A stretch of 64,000 bases of DNA from Octopus sinensis (Eukaryota). A model generated the notes under the pieces. It was not told the origin of the DNA. It saw only the letters and a program-made list of their open reading frames with translations, and made no database searches. The stretch is taken from assembly GCF_006345805.1 (NCBI RefSeq), contig NC_043009.1:48360001-48424000 (forward strand), given 5' to 3'. How positions within the stretch are numbered: the first letter of the stretch is position 1; every line of letters starts with the position of its first letter. Below are positions 1-14,400 of this stretch, piece after piece. Made by a program: the position numbers and the translations under genes.

Positions 1-465
1 CAAAAAGGAAAAGAATAAAAAGCGAAAAACAAAAGCGTAATTGAATAAATTAACGATGAAAGAAATGAAAGAAATACTGCTGAAAAACAAACGGAATATC
101 AAATATTCTATGGAATAAAAACTTGGATGAGACAATATATTCTGTCTGATCTTGTTATGATTTGTGAGGGGAGAAAGTCGTATAAGTAATGATCAAAATA
201 TACTTAACAACTATCCACATCTCATAGTTTATTGCTAATAAATAAAATTCAGCGTTGATGTTTGATCAAGTGGGCGCGTTTCAGGCAAAAAAAAAAAATC
301 TTACTGAAATTAAACACAACAATTTCGAGTCCAAGAAATTTCTTGCATTTTTCTCTATTTTTTTTTTTTAATTATTTTGTTATTATCATTTTAAATTGTA
401 TTTGTTTCTTATTTTTGATATTCTGTTATATTTTTGGAATTTTTAGTGTGATAAAGTTTCGATGG

Positions 466-503
<38 letters not shown>

Positions 504-780
504 TATTCTTTCCTTTTTTTAATAATTTCTTTCTCTCTGGAGTGAAGTCGGGTAGATTACGCAAAAGAAAAAGAAAAAAAAAAACATTGGTATTGAATTC
601 ACAAATGTAATAAGAAATTCAATTAAAATGAACTTAAAAAATTGATTAAATTATATATAAAAACTGTTTTCGTATTTTATTTATTGAAATATAATTCTAA
701 ATTCATTTTTTTAAGAAAAACTTTTATTGAACTTCGATACATTTTCAGATAAATCTTTTTAATTGCATTTGTATGTATCT

Positions 781-798
781 ATGATCTATCTATCTATA

Positions 799-893
<95 letters not shown>

Positions 894-939
894 TTGTTTA
901 TTCTAGCTATGTATCAATCTATCTGTTTATCTGTTTATC

Positions 940-1010
<71 letters not shown>

Positions 1011-1143
1011 CATATATATATATATATACATATACGTGTGTGTGTGTCTATGTATGTATGTATGCATGTATGTATGTATGTATGTATGTATGTATGTATG
1101 TATGTATGTATACACCTGTGTGTGTGTGTGTATTATTATTGTT
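781..1143. repeat. Compound microsatellite (TATC)n-(TA)n-(TG)n-(TATG)n
   Basis: Long, nearly pure TATC run followed by TA, TG and TATG runs; source of the spurious ORF 894..1166. Confidence 0.95.
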
Positions 1144-1154
1144 GTTGTTTATTA

Positions 1155-1370
1155 AAGGCTGGTTGATTGGCAGAATCGTTATAGCATTGAAAATAATGAC
1201 TGGCTGTCTTTAAACTGCTTCTTTATATTCTGAGTTCAAAACCCGCTCAGCTCAACTATGCTTTTAATACCTTCTTAGCAGTCAAAACCTGACGTATGTG
1301 GTATCGACTTTGCTTTTTTAATCTTGTCGGTATCGATAAAATAAGTAAAAGTTTCAGACATTTTGCCTTG
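1155..1370 (+). mobile_element. Decayed SINE family B copy
   Basis: ggctggttgattggcagaatcgtta ... ctgagttcaaa ... tcgactttgc ... tcgataaaataagta matches the better family B copies in this window. Confidence 0.6.
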
Positions 1371-1399
1371 AATAGAATCAAAATAAGTAAATTTAATCA

Positions 1400-2060
1400 C
1401 CACATCAAAGTGGCTATTTCTTGTTACTACTAGTTTAACCCCAGGCAAATCTCCCACCAGCTGGTTGTCAGTGCAGCCCTGCACCCCTGTACATATATAT
1501 TGATAGTAGGGTAGCGATCCCCTACCATCCTACAGCAGACGACAGGATCATAAGACTGACTCAGTTTTGAGCTAGTTTGCTCCTTTTCAGTCGCGAACAC
1601 CTGGTCGCCAGAGAGATGACCGGAGTCCACTGCAGTCAGCAATATATTGTAACCAGAGCGACCATTGGTCACTGATTTGCAATAAACAAAGCGGCTAGTT
1701 ATAAAGTCTAAGGAAGCGATAAGAGTAATGACTATCAAAACAGCCATATTGAAAGCATTCCTAACTGTAAGGCTCGTTACCTCCGAATCACTCACATTTT
1801 TGTTTGTTTTAACTGTTGTCTTATAAAGACAATTGTCTAAACTTGTCTTCTTTTCTATTTGTGTTACACTAACCAGAAGTGAATCTAAGGTACTAGGTAG
1901 ATGCCCTTTTGAAATTAAAATCGTTACATGGTGATGAAACATCGACATTATGAGGAAAGCAAGCAGGGTTTGGACGCTGCCTTTCTAGTCTTATACCAAA
2001 TCCCTAAGACCATTCATGCTGACATAAAGCACAACAATTTCAATAACTACAAAAACAACA
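1400..2060 (-). pseudogene. Possible decayed L1/Tx1-type LINE endonuclease fragment
   Basis: Minus-strand translation gives, in the expected order, SMNGLRD, TNGRSGYNILL, TINIYVQ and KLVVTRNSHFDVV, loosely resembling the APE endonuclease motifs LNVRGLRD, SRGVAIL, LINVYAP and LIVGDFN. Stops and frameshifts present; resemblance judged by eye only. Confidence 0.3.
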
Positions 2061-2186
2061 GCACGTGAAATTAATCGAGCAGCAACAGCCAAATTCCACG
2101 CCGACATGTTATGGTTTCGACTAGAAAAACTTAGACAACGATTCTCAGTAGCAAAAATTAGTGGTTTCTAATTTTGGTTTCCAATA

Positions 2187-2374
2187 GGCGTAGGAATGGT
2201 TGTGTGGTGAGTAGCTTGCTTACGAACCACATGATTCCGGGTTCAGTCCCACTGCGTGGCACTTTGGGCAAGCGTCTTCTGATATAGCCTCGGGCTAACC
2301 AAAGCCTTGTGAGAGTATTTGGTAGACGGAAACTGAAAGAAGCCCGTCGTATATATGTATATATTCATATATAA

Positions 2375-2405
<31 letters not shown>

Positions 2406-2627
2406 TGTGTGTGTGTGTATATGTTTGTGTGTCTGTTTTTGTTCCCCCAGCATCGCTTGACGACCGATACTGGTGTGTTTACTGTCCCGTAACTTAGCGA
2501 TTCGGCAGAAGGGATCGATAGAGTAAGTACTAGGCTTACGAAAAATAAGTACTGGGGTCGATTTGCTCGACTAAAAGCGATGCTCCAGCATGGCCACTGT
2601 CAAATGACTGAAACAAGTAAAAGAGTA
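2187..2627 (+). mobile_element. tRNA-headed SINE family A, full length
   Basis: Head with A/B-box-like motifs (tgtgtggtgagtagc, gggttcagtcc), central (TA/TG) microsatellite, tail ending gaaacaagtaaaagagta; same structure in many copies in the window. Confidence 0.9.
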
Positions 2628-2797
2628 ATTTTGGTACAAGGTGTGTGATTTCGGGATTGACCCCAATGCTCAACGGGCGCTTATTTTATCGACTCCGAAA
2701 GGACAAAAGGTAAAGTCGAACTCGGCGGAATTTGAACTCAGAAGACGGACAAAATGCCACTCAGCATTTTGCCGAGCGTGCTAATGATTTATCCCGC
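2628..2797 (-). mobile_element. SINE family B copy, decayed
   Basis: aaagtcgaactcggcggaatttgaactcagaa...gcgtgctaatgatt is the reverse complement of the family B body. Confidence 0.8.
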
Positions 2798-2974
2798 CAA
2801 CAAATAGACTTCATCAGGAGAAATAATAACAGCAGAAAACACAAGGTCGGAAGTATCATAATCGCAACCACCACTTTCATTGTCAAACTAGTTCTCAATT
2901 AATGCAATAACATAAATGAATATATAAATAAATAAATAACAAAGCAAGCATAGCAGTATGTAGCAACGTATAAA

Positions 2975-3193
2975 AGCCCCTGCATCATCATCATTACCAT
3001 CTCTACTGACAACACTTACACCAACACTACTATGAATGTTGGTACTCCGTCGGTTACGACGACGAGGGTTCCAGTTGATGCGATCAACGGAACAGTCTGC
3101 TCGTGAAATTGACGTGCAAGTGGCTGAATACTCCACAGACATCATACAACTGCGAGTCCGCAGCCCTAACCTCTGGACCATTGCGTCTCCACT
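2975..3193 (-). mobile_element. Internally deleted tRNA-headed SINE (family E head, tail ending gtcgtaaccgacggagt)
   Basis: Minus strand starts gtggagacgcaatggtccagaggttaggg, the same head as 31277-31570; its tail segment gacgtgcaagtggctga recurs near 62395. Confidence 0.65.
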
Positions 3194-3961
3194 GTACAAT
3201 GAATATGACAGCCCAAAGCGATAGCGTCACTAATTTCACAAATGCGAAATCCGCAGCAAAAGGAGCGACATTATGATACAGATTTCTGTGACAGGGAAAA
3301 TGAACTAAGTTTTTTTTTAATCATCTACGTAAGATTGACTTTGCATAACAACGTATGGAAAAGAATGCCAAACAGACGATCAATCATTTGCATTTATGTC
3401 TCAGTGAAAAAAAAAAACTGAGATTTAGACATTGCTATTCTTACGCAAATGAAATCTTTCTTGCGAGAAACATACAAAGATATAGACTTCATCAGCAAGA
3501 CTTGACAGTTCGAGCGCGTCAAAATACAAATTTTGGAAGATGGATAGATAGGGGGAAAGATACCCGACTTGCATCAGATTTGAACATCTATTGAGTTATA
3601 GCGTGCATTGAGTAGTCCTTGAGGGTTGTGGCACGCTCCTGGGTGTAAAAAATATATAGGCAGGAGGAATGTTTTGAAATAGGATGAAAGTCCTATTATA
3701 AGTGAAATGAAAATATCTTGAAACACCTGAGAGCCTTGTTCCCCACGACAGAAAGTAAAAGGTAGCAATCGCAGCTTTCCACAACACGAATAAGCAACGA
3801 CATTGAATGCAGCGGCGCGTAACAGCAACAACTACCACAGTGAAATCGGCAATAGATACAAAAACGAAATAAAACGACAAGCAAGCGAGCATAGGTAGGT
3901 ATCGCCTGCATTTCCTCGTTGTTTTTCATTACTACGTGGTCGTGAATAGATATAAATAATT

Positions 3962-4898
3962 CCCCGGCCCTTCACTCTTGATCTAGTGACGCATATAGAA
4001 TGTGAAAACTGAAGAAAGAGAGAGGGACACGAGCAAGCTTTTGGTACTCTTTTACTTCTGAGCACACTACAGACACCTAGAAGGAAGTTCCTTGCTCAAG
4101 GACTCAACATGTCCCTCAATCCTGAAATTAAGTCCACGTCTTTCTGGTCCTAAGCTAAATATCCTAACAACAAGACCACGTGTTTCTATACATTAAAGAG
4201 TGTAGGTCTTGTTACTATGATCCTAAAACAGATGACACAGCCACGGCTGGAACTCATATGACCATATTCCGTTTTCCCGGCCCTTCACTCTTGTTCTAGT
4301 GACACATATAGAATGTGAAAACTGAAGAAAGAGAGAGGGACACGAGCAAGCTTTTGGTACTCTTTTGCCTCTGAGCACACTACAGAAACCTAGAAGGAAG
4401 TTCCTTGCTCAAGGACTCAACATGTCCCTCAATCCTGAAATTAAGTCCACGTCTTTCTGGTCCTCAGCTAAGTATCCTAACAACAAGGCCACGTGTTTCT
4501 ATACATTAAAGAGTGTAGGTCTTGTTACTATGATCCTAAAACAGATGACACAGCCACGGCTGGAACTCATATGACCATATTCCGTTTTCCCGGCCCTTCA
4601 CTCTTGTTCTAGTGACACATATAGAATGTGAAAACTGAAGAAAGAGAGAGGGACACGAGCAAGCTTTTGGTACTCTTTTACCTCTGAGCACACTACAGAC
4701 ACCTAGAAGGAAGTTCCTTGCTCAAGGACACAACATGTCCCTCAATCCTGAAATTAAGTCCACGTCTTTCTGGTCCTAAGCTAAATATCCTAACAACAAG
4801 GCCACGTGTTTCTATACATTAAAGAGTGTAGGTCTTGTTACTATGATCCTAAAACAAATGAGACAGCCACGGCTGGAACTCATATGACCATATTCCGT
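3962..4898. repeat. Tandem triplication, 3 x 313 bp, near-identical
   Basis: Anchor ggcccttcac at 3966, 4279 and 4592 (period 313); only scattered substitutions between units. Confidence 0.97.
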
Positions 4899-5334
4899 CA
4901 TGGCTAAGTTTCACCTGGATACTACACAAGAAATAAGTGTTTCCCTCTTCAAACACATTTGCATTTGATACCTTGAGACAAACGTATTCTGTTGTGTTCA
5001 TTCTGTTGTATGACAACCATTATCGTTTCCCTTCGAGAAAAATTTCTTCGGTGACTTTCAACAATATAGGAGGTTCAGACAAGCAGGTTAGTCTCAGCCC
5101 TCCGCCATACGAAATAAAGGAATAAATAAAATAAAAAAGAAAGCAACAAAGAAAGGATGAGAACCCATTGACACAAAGTTTACCATCACAGATGTTAAAT
5201 ATGTTGATCTATTTACACGCACTGTAAGAATTGTCTATAAATATTTTCCTACATATCTTATTAAATCGACGAACTTATATAGAAACTTATTTACAAACTT
5301 ATATAAATAGGAACGATGAAGCAGAAACAGTCGA

Positions 5335-5440
5335 CATATATATATATATATATATATACATACATACATACATACATACATACATACATACATACATACA
5401 TACACACACACATATATATATATATATTCATATATACACA

Positions 5441-5517
<77 letters not shown>

Positions 5518-5704
5518 TATATATATACATACATATATATATATAATATATATATATATACCTGTGTACATGCATATATGTACATAAACTCACATTTTTC
5601 ATATCTGATACCATGTTTCGGCTAAATACATATGTTCATTTTGCTTTCTTGTGAACATTACTCAAAATACATATGTAGCTACACATTACTCACACATACA
5701 AACG

Positions 5705-5755
<51 letters not shown>

Positions 5756-5990
5756 AACTTACATACACGTGTGTATCTGTGCGTGTGGATATATTTGTCT
5801 TTACCTAATTATATGTATGCATGTGAGTATAGACACATATATATATACCCACACATATTTATATACATATATATGCATGAATATACATACACACACACAC
5901 ACATATATATATATATTCATATATATGTTTGCATATATATATATATGCATGTATATATATTTTTCTACACACACATATACATACCCATTT
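5335..5990. repeat. Compound (TA)n/(TACA)n/(CA)n microsatellite field
   Basis: Direct reading; explains ORFs 5231-6026. Confidence 0.9.
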
Positions 5991-6509
5991 AACCATGCGT
6001 GTCTAGATGTACCAATTTATGCTTGAATCAAAGTATGTTGCCAGAATATAAAGAATATTGATCTGCAAATGTCTCTCTGACTAAAATAAAGAATTAGAAG
6101 ATTATTTTTAAACTCCATAAAGTTAGCTTTTTCTTCCATACTCTCTTTTTTCTCCCTCCTTACTCCTGTTGCTCTTCTATCCATTTTTCAGCTTGTTATA
6201 TACGTACACACACATACAGACACATATATATATATGTATACACGTAAATATATATATAAGACTATTTGCATGTATGTATATGAGCATGTATATATAGAGA
6301 GAGAAAGAGGGAGAGATAATAGACAGAGGGAGAAATATATACGAGTATAAGGAGAGAGGGACCCAATGTAAGTGGAAGACAAGAGACATATGTATGTATT
6401 TGTATGTCTATATCTGTATGTCTACACCACACGCTACATAACTTTCTCTCAATCTCTTTGATATGTGTGTATGTTTATATGTATGTGTCTATATTTATAT
6501 GTGTACACG

Positions 6510-6558
<49 letters not shown>

Positions 6559-6578
6559 TATATATGTGTGTGTGTGTG

Positions 6579-6619
<41 letters not shown>

Positions 6620-7027
6620 ATATGTCTTTGTGTGTGTACATATTTATGCATGTATATTCACATACACATGCGTACATATACGCATAAACATGTAGGTGTA
6701 TTCGTAGATGTAAACATACATAAATCTTTAAGTATTTACGTAATTTATTTCTAAAGTAAATATTTTCGTGTTTCTTCTTGCAGATCTTCAAGTCGCTTGT
6801 ATTTATATATAATATCTCCAGAATAATTTAATCCGTTTTATTTTTGAAGAATTTCCTGCCAGTTGCTTTCCAGAGTTCACAGTATAACCTACGTACTTCA
6901 GACTGTTGCAAAATACATACGATGTCGTTGTATTATAACGTTTGCAAGACACGTTAGTCATTGAAAATGTTTTGCAATTAAGAGTCAGCAAGAAGGCGTC
7001 TACAAGTTGTAATTTATTTTTGTTCTA

Positions 7028-7601
7028 TTGGGTTTTTCGGAAAGTTCGTGCCGATTTATAGTAGCTTATCTTTCGACTTATTTTAGAACATGGTTGAGTT
7101 CATAAAATACGATTTGACTACACCTCCATTTAGAGCACAGTTTAAGGTATCTTTTCGTGGAAGAAAGTTTATGTTCCTATAACCTGTGTTAATTCTGTAA
7201 CCCTTTAAAATGGAAGATAAGAAAGTTCATTTTCGGCACTTGATGCTTTTCTTTTTCCGTGAAGGGAAAAATGCCTCACAAGCAACCAAAGAAATATGCG
7301 CAGTTTACAGTAATGTTTCTTTATCCGAAATAACTGTACGGAAGTGGTTCGCAAGGTTCCGAGCTGGAGATTGTAGGTTTATTGATAAAGAGCGATCAGG
7401 TTGACCATCCACTACAGATGATGACCAAATCAAGTCTTTAATTGAGAATAACCCACATTGCACAACCCGAGAATTGGCAGAAATCCTCAACCTATCAAAA
7501 TCCGTCGTTCATGTGCACCTGGTAAAGCTTGGGTAATGGCAAGTATTTATTGACATTTTTCTTTCCTTTAAAAATCGGCATGAACTTTCCGGACAACCCA
7601 A
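7028..7601 (+). mobile_element. Internally deleted mariner element with both TIRs and TA target duplication; transposase N-terminal HTH remnant
   Basis: 30-bp TIRs ttgggtttttcggaaagttcgtgccgattt / aaatcggcatgaactttccggacaacccaa (27/30 match), TA at 7026-27 and 7602-03. 7210-7535 translates MEDKKVHFRHLMLFFFREGKNASQATKEICAVY...VRKWFARFRAGD...ERSG*PSTTDDDQIKSLIENNPHCTTRELAEILNLSKSVVHVHLVKLG. No DDD domain. Confidence 0.93.
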
Positions 7602-8068
7602 TATTTTCCTTCTTTTGAGGTTGTTGGAAGTGGTAATCCGTACATACTTTGAACTGATTTTCTGTGATAAATCGGTCCTTACTAAGCGGTCATATTAGTA
7701 AATTACTGGTTCAACTCTTTGTCTTACGTTTTTAAATGAAGGCATGCTAACCCAAGATTTTCATTCGATCTTAGAAAAATACAATCACTCGTTACACATC
7801 AGGGAAAAGAGATTTCGATCGTACCCGCTCTTGTCATCACTAATACCTAAATAAACCATCAAAGTTGTGTGCACCGATAAAATTAAGTACAATGTGGATG
7901 TCTTATCAGTTATTATATAGAGCCTTTAACATTTAATGGAAACATAGGAGCGCACGCTGACATATGGCGTGACTCAGATCATTTTAAAACTGGTGAGGCT
8001 CATCCAAGTTTTTTTTTTCTTGCTACTACGAATGATATATTAATTAATTCAAAATTTATTAAGCAGAT

Positions 8069-8486
8069 TACTCTTTACTCTTTTACTCTTTTACTTGTTT
8101 CAGTCATTTGACTGCGGCCATGCTGGAGCACCGCCTTTAGTCGAGCAAATCGACCCGGGACTTATTCTTTGTAAGCCCAGTACTTATTCTATCGGTCTCT
8201 TTTGCGGAACCACTAGGTGACGGGGACGTAAACACACCAGCATCGGTTGTCAAGCAATGCTAGGGGGACAAACACAGACACACAAACATATACACACACA
8301 CTTATATATATATATATACATATATACGACAGGCTTCTTTCAGTTTCCGTCTACAAAATCCACTCACAAGGCATTGGTCGGCCCGGGGCTATAGCAGAAG
8401 ACACTTGCCCAAGATGCCACGCAGTGGGACTGAACCCGGAAACATGTGGTTGGTTAGCAAGCTACTTACCAAACAGCCACTCCTGC
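8069..8486 (-). mobile_element. SINE family A, full length
   Basis: Close match to the other family A copies, with a (tactctt)n tail. Confidence 0.92.
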
Positions 8487-8830
8487 ATATGTAAGGCTTT
8501 TTTATTTTATTTAGCAAATTCATGTCATTAGTGTATTTGAGTTATTCCTCTTAGTTCTTATATTCTTTTAATTATGTAAGTAACACTTGCAAAAGAAAAT
8601 AGCCGTATATATAAAAGCTTGTCAAATTATTATGGGCTTGGGTAGGTTATGGAATGCAGATGAGATCTATAGACTGAAACATTTCCACCTTAGTCCCATT
8701 AAAAAAGACATCAGATTTTACTATACAAAGGTAAATATGTAAATATATACACACATATACATATATATACATGGAGGTGTGTACATGTATATATGCATGT
8801 ATGTTTATATATGTGGTGTGTGTGTGTGTG

Positions 8831-8862
<32 letters not shown>

Positions 8863-9489
8863 GTCTTTCCTCGTTGAACACGTGTGTTCGGTTAAAGAAA
8901 AGCGTATAAAATGAATTTTTACTATATAAAGAATAGAACATAGGGAGAGAATAGGTTTCTTTCGAGGACCCCCAACTTGTCCTGAGCATTGTAGATGGTC
9001 ACTGGGGTTTGCCCATGCACTCAAAACAGATTATTTGTATGATTGCCGCTCCGTGTTATCACAGGTCAATTCGTGATAAGTCTAACACGTTTCAGAGTTA
9101 GCCATCCATTTTATACCGGATCAGTGACGAACGAATCAGTGATAAGCGAAGAAGGATGTGCACCTTCCCTACAAGTAATGAAATCGCCTGTGTTTATAGT
9201 TGAAAGTAGAGACTCTCCTGCGTATAGGGACATCATAATTCACACACAAAAATGTACCAGTAGCAAGAATACGACGTTTTGTCTCGCCACATTGACCAAA
9301 TGTGCTACCCACACATTTTTATCTTCTCACTGGTGTGCTTGGATTACAATATGCCATTGTAGATGTTGAAGAACGACGAACTTACAGTCAAAAGTAGGCT
9401 ACAGTACAAGATTTCTACTATGAGTATGATACTGTCTTGCATACAGTGGTTGCTCCAATGTCAATTATATATCAGATTGGCAAACGTAT

Positions 9490-9645
9490 GACTGAGTGGC
9501 AAGAATATTGTCTCCCAACCATATATTTCCAGGTTCAGTCCCACAGCGTAGCACATTGGGAAAAGTTTTTCTACAGTAGCCTCGGACCGACAAAAGCCCT
9601 GCGAGTGGATTTGGTTGACATAAACTGAAAAAGCCCGCAGTATAT
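9490..9645 (+). mobile_element. SINE family A head, decayed
   Basis: ccaggttcagtcccacagcgtagcacattggg...gtggatttggttgac. Confidence 0.75.
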
Positions 9646-9711
9646 TATGTTTATGTTTATGTTTTCCAGTTTCAGCTCTTGAGCTGTGGCCATGCTGGAG
9701 CACCGCCATTT

Positions 9712-9712
9712 A

Positions 9713-9763
<51 letters not shown>

Positions 9764-9860
9764 TGTATACGTATATATGAATGTATGTATCTATCTAACA
9801 ATATATATATATGTATGTATACGTATATATGAATGTATGTATGTATCTAACAATATATAT

Positions 9861-9894
<34 letters not shown>

Positions 9895-10004
9895 ATATAT
9901 ATATATATATATACATATATGTATACGTATATATGAATGTATGTATCTATCTAACAATATATATATATGTATGTATACGTATATATGAATGTATGTATGT
10001 ATCT

Positions 10005-10043
<39 letters not shown>
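9712..10043. repeat. (TA)n microsatellite with duplicated higher-order unit
   Basis: The block catatatgtatacgtatatatgaatgtatgtatctatctaacaat...gtatctaacaat occurs twice (about 9757 and 9914). Confidence 0.85.
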
Positions 10044-10044
<1 letters not shown>

Positions 10045-10045
<1 letters not shown>

Positions 10046-10278
10046 TTACTCTCCAAGCCACAAGTCTGGGCAATCTTGTTTTGTGGAAGACCAAAAGTCG
10101 CCCATGTATATCAGCCTCCGTTCTCCACGCCACCGATGGGAAAGGCAAAGGCCGATACAGCTGTGAACTGGAACAACGTGAAATAAAGTGTCTTGCTCAA
10201 GAACACAACACACATCCCGGTCTGGCAATCGAACTCACTGCCTCATGATTGTGAGTCCGACGCTCAACCTAAGCACCG
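10045..10278 (-). mobile_element. tRNA-headed SINE family D, internally deleted
   Basis: Shares aagtctgggcaa...gtggaagacca...tcgccca...ctccacgccaccgatg with 62176-62390 and carries a gtgttcttgagcaagacac body like family C. Confidence 0.75.
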
Positions 10279-11213
10279 AGTGAAAGCACAGAGTCATGTG
10301 CTTTCATATCGAGCAGCTAATTTCAGCTGTGAGTTAAACAGTACAACACATCACATTGCAGCCAAAGCATGGAAACATTTATTACAGTGTCACTAACATA
10401 AGTTACCTAAATCCTAATTTTTCAATTAACTTAATACGTAGTCTTGATCGTTAATATAAAGTGCATTTTCATAATGCAACAGTGATAACAAGATGGAAGA
10501 TGTTGAAATTTATGCGTCTAAATAAATGTTATAAAATCGCAAATTGCAAAATTTCCACGGGTATCACTTGTAATTTATCATTAGTAAATTTGTATCTTCT
10601 AAATATTCTAAAAACTTGCTAACCCTCATGCTTACACTCGGTATTGAATCTTTGCTGTTTCATGCTAATAATAAATTGAATTGCTTGACTGGTACATCAA
10701 AGAAGTATTCGGTAGCTAACTTGAAACAATTTTAATGTCTCTACATTGCTCAATGACGCATATGATCATTGAAATGGTTGAGCATATGAAAATTTTCTTA
10801 CGCTTTAGGTGATCAATATATTCTTTAATTGATTATTTATATATCGAACTACTTGATATAAAACAAAACTTTTTCTTGCTTTAATATCTATTAATTTATT
10901 GATGTACATATAGATTAATTTACAATTTAATTTCAAAAATATTCCTCAGTTTTTAGCAGACGTAAACAATCAACATCTAGTATATATGTTTAAATTAAAA
11001 AAGCGAAAGTGTATTAAAAGAAGATAAAGTTCAAAGAACAAAACTGTTTAACAATTCAGAATACTTTACGTGGTGTTCGGTACGCTAATATTCAATACCA
11101 CCAATATTTTGAAGAGTTGCTAAGATTCAAAGAAACAAAGAATATGGAAGCAGAATGGCTACCTATGATAAATGTAATTATTCGTGTGATAGAAATTGAA
11201 TGTTTATTTATCT

Positions 11214-11520
11214 TTCATCTTTTATTTGTTTCAGTCATTAGACTGCGACCATTCTGGAGCTCCGGCTTGAAGCATATTAGTCGAGTGAATCGAGACCAGA
11301 AGCTTCTTATTATATATAAAGCCAGGTACTTATTGTATCGGTTCGTTTAGGCGAACTAGTAAGTTACGGTGATGTAAACACACCATCACCGGTTGTCAAA
11401 CAGGGATAGGGACAAACACAAAGACGCAATCACACACATATGCGCGCACACGCATCAAGATACACACACACATATATATGCATATATTTATGTTTGTGTG
11501 TGCACGTGCGAGTGTGTGTC

Positions 11521-11561
<41 letters not shown>

Positions 11562-11923
11562 CGGGATTCTTTCAGTTTCAGTTTTCCAAATCCACTCACG
11601 GGATGGTCCGAGGCTGTAGTAGGAGACACTTACCCAAGGTTTCATGCTGTAAGACTGAACTAGGAACCATGTGATTTGGAATCAAATTTCTTACCTCACA
11701 ACCACGCCTGCATCCACCAGTTGAGCCTCCGCCTGATTGATAATTGCGTGTATATATATATATATATATATATACACGACGGTCTTCTTTCAGTTTCTAT
11801 CTACCAAATCCACAAACAAGGATTTGGTTGGCCTGAGGCTATAGAAGAAGACACTTGACCAAGTTGCCACGCAGTGGCATTGAACCTGGTACCATGTGGT
11901 TGGGAGACAAGGTTCTTACGACA
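11214..11923 (-). mobile_element. SINE family A with two head modules in tandem
   Basis: Tail 11214-11420, microsatellite, head 11558-11710, second head 11775-11923. Confidence 0.8.
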
Positions 11924-11933
11924 TATATTATGT

Positions 11934-11974
<41 letters not shown>

Positions 11975-12477
11975 CAGTATTTAATTTCATGAATATAATT
12001 ATAAAATTATAGTATGGGCAACTACTGAGTGATGCATATCCTAGAAGACGCCAAATGGCTCTAAAACTACCTTATTTATCAAATAGAGACAGGCTGGAAG
12101 CGAGGGAATAAATAAAATAATTTTTTTAAAGTTTTGCCATAGACCGATTTCTTGTTTAAGGATGCAATACCCTTTACCGTCCTCAGTATACAACCGAAAG
12201 TACATAATTATAAACATTCATACACACCTTACGAATACAACGCATCCACAGTGCATATACAAATGCACACATTTGTATACAAGCTAAATCTAGCTACGTC
12301 ATCTCAACCACGGAGAATAACCAAAATAATTCAACTAAACAATCTTTTTTGTTCATTCCCTCGCTTTCAGCCCGTGTTTCAGCCTCGCTTTCCACCCGTT
12401 GCTTTCAGCAACGTTACCAACAGTCTAATTATTAACTCTACTAGCTTACTTCCTTTAATGTTCCAACTTCAAACACT

Positions 12478-13001
<524 letters not shown>

Positions 13002-13009
13002 ACATTTCC

Positions 13010-13200
13010 AAAGGACCAGTGTTAACTTGATACCATCGATTCTGGAGGGATGAACGACAAAGTCGACTTCGGCGGGATTTGAACCCGGAATGCAAAGGGA
13101 ATAACAAATGTTGCTGTTTTTTTGATACACTAACAGTTCTGCTAACTCGCCGCCTTCGCAATAATTGTTTCTCGTATAAGCACAATACATGGAAATAGGC
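13010..13200 (-). mobile_element. SINE family B copy, decayed
   Basis: aaagtcgacttcggcgggatttgaacccggaa...ctgctaactcgccgcc. Confidence 0.75.
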
Positions 13201-13689
13201 AGATAGGATTACTACAATCGTGACTTATACATCAATACAAAGACATGATGTTTCATTATCATTTCATGTAAGACGTCGAGGTTCTTAGTTCAATCCTAGT
13301 GCTGGATATATTTTACTCCTTTTGTCCTGTTGGTGTGTAAGAGAACAAACAAACATAATAAATTGGTAATACATGGGATAAAATATATCGAGATTTATGA
13401 AGAAGAGAACTGACATCTGAACCTGTCTCTGAAGAGCAGAGGGTCAACATGAAAGGGGCACTCATCCATCTTGTCAAAAGCCACCAGACACACGCGCATA
13501 CAGTTGTACACACTCACACACACCACACACTCACTCACACACAAACACTCACATACAGTACACTGCCCTGCAACATATCGCACAACGCAGCATGACATGC
13601 TACAACACAACACTACACTTCACCAACACACCAGTATGTATATATTTCTATTTTGGTAATCAAAAACATACATCAATGCACGCAAGTAA

Positions 13690-13726
13690 TGCATACACAT
13701 ATATGTATACATATATATATGAATAA

Positions 13727-13766
<40 letters not shown>

Positions 13767-14074
13767 ATATATATATATTTATACATACAGGGATACATAC
13801 ATATACATATATAAGTGTGCATGTGTGTATCTATAATATATGCAAAAATATATGTATATGGGTATATGTATATATATATATATGTGTGTGTAGGTGTATG
13901 CATGTATGTATATGTGTATACGTATTTGTGTGTGTATTTTATATGTATATATACGTATAAGAATATTTCTCTATGTATACGCATATATACACATACATGT
14001 ATACATACATATACATATATGTGTGTATGTATGTGTGTATAATATATTTATAAATATATGTATATGAGCATATG

Positions 14075-14123
<49 letters not shown>

Positions 14124-14302
14124 GTATGTGCGTGTATGTGTGTGTGCTTGTATGTATATGTGTATATATATTTGTGTGAGTGCATTTTATATGGACATAT
14201 ATACGTTTAAGAATATATCTATGTATACATATATATATATATAAATACATAAGTGTATACACACACATGCATGATGATTATAAGCATGCATACATACATA
14301 CA

Positions 14303-14333
<31 letters not shown>

Positions 14334-14400
14334 GGACACCTATACATGCAAGCAATCATCCAAACATGTACGCATACATACATACATAAATGCACATATA
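13690..14400. repeat. Compound TA/TG/TACA microsatellite field
   Basis: Direct reading; explains ORFs 13673-14459. Confidence 0.9.

Noticed and set aside
2806-3495. CTGATGA on the minus strand at about 2812 and 3493 within a shared atagacttcatcag 14-mer; also at about 31821 and 56718
   Set aside because: No stem II plus GAAA follows any of them, so no hammerhead can be drawn.
9043-9369. 108-aa ORF in unique-looking sequence
   Set aside because: No recognisable domain or convincing splice sites; probably an old decayed repeat.
10560-10900. Possible PLE GIY-YIG remnant on the minus strand
   Set aside because: Too degraded; the catalytic YIG motif is not visible.
12358-12410. Short repeat translating as FPRFQPVFQPRFPPVAF, superficially neuropeptide-like
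   Set aside because: A 24-bp local duplication; no signal peptide or dibasic cleavage sites.
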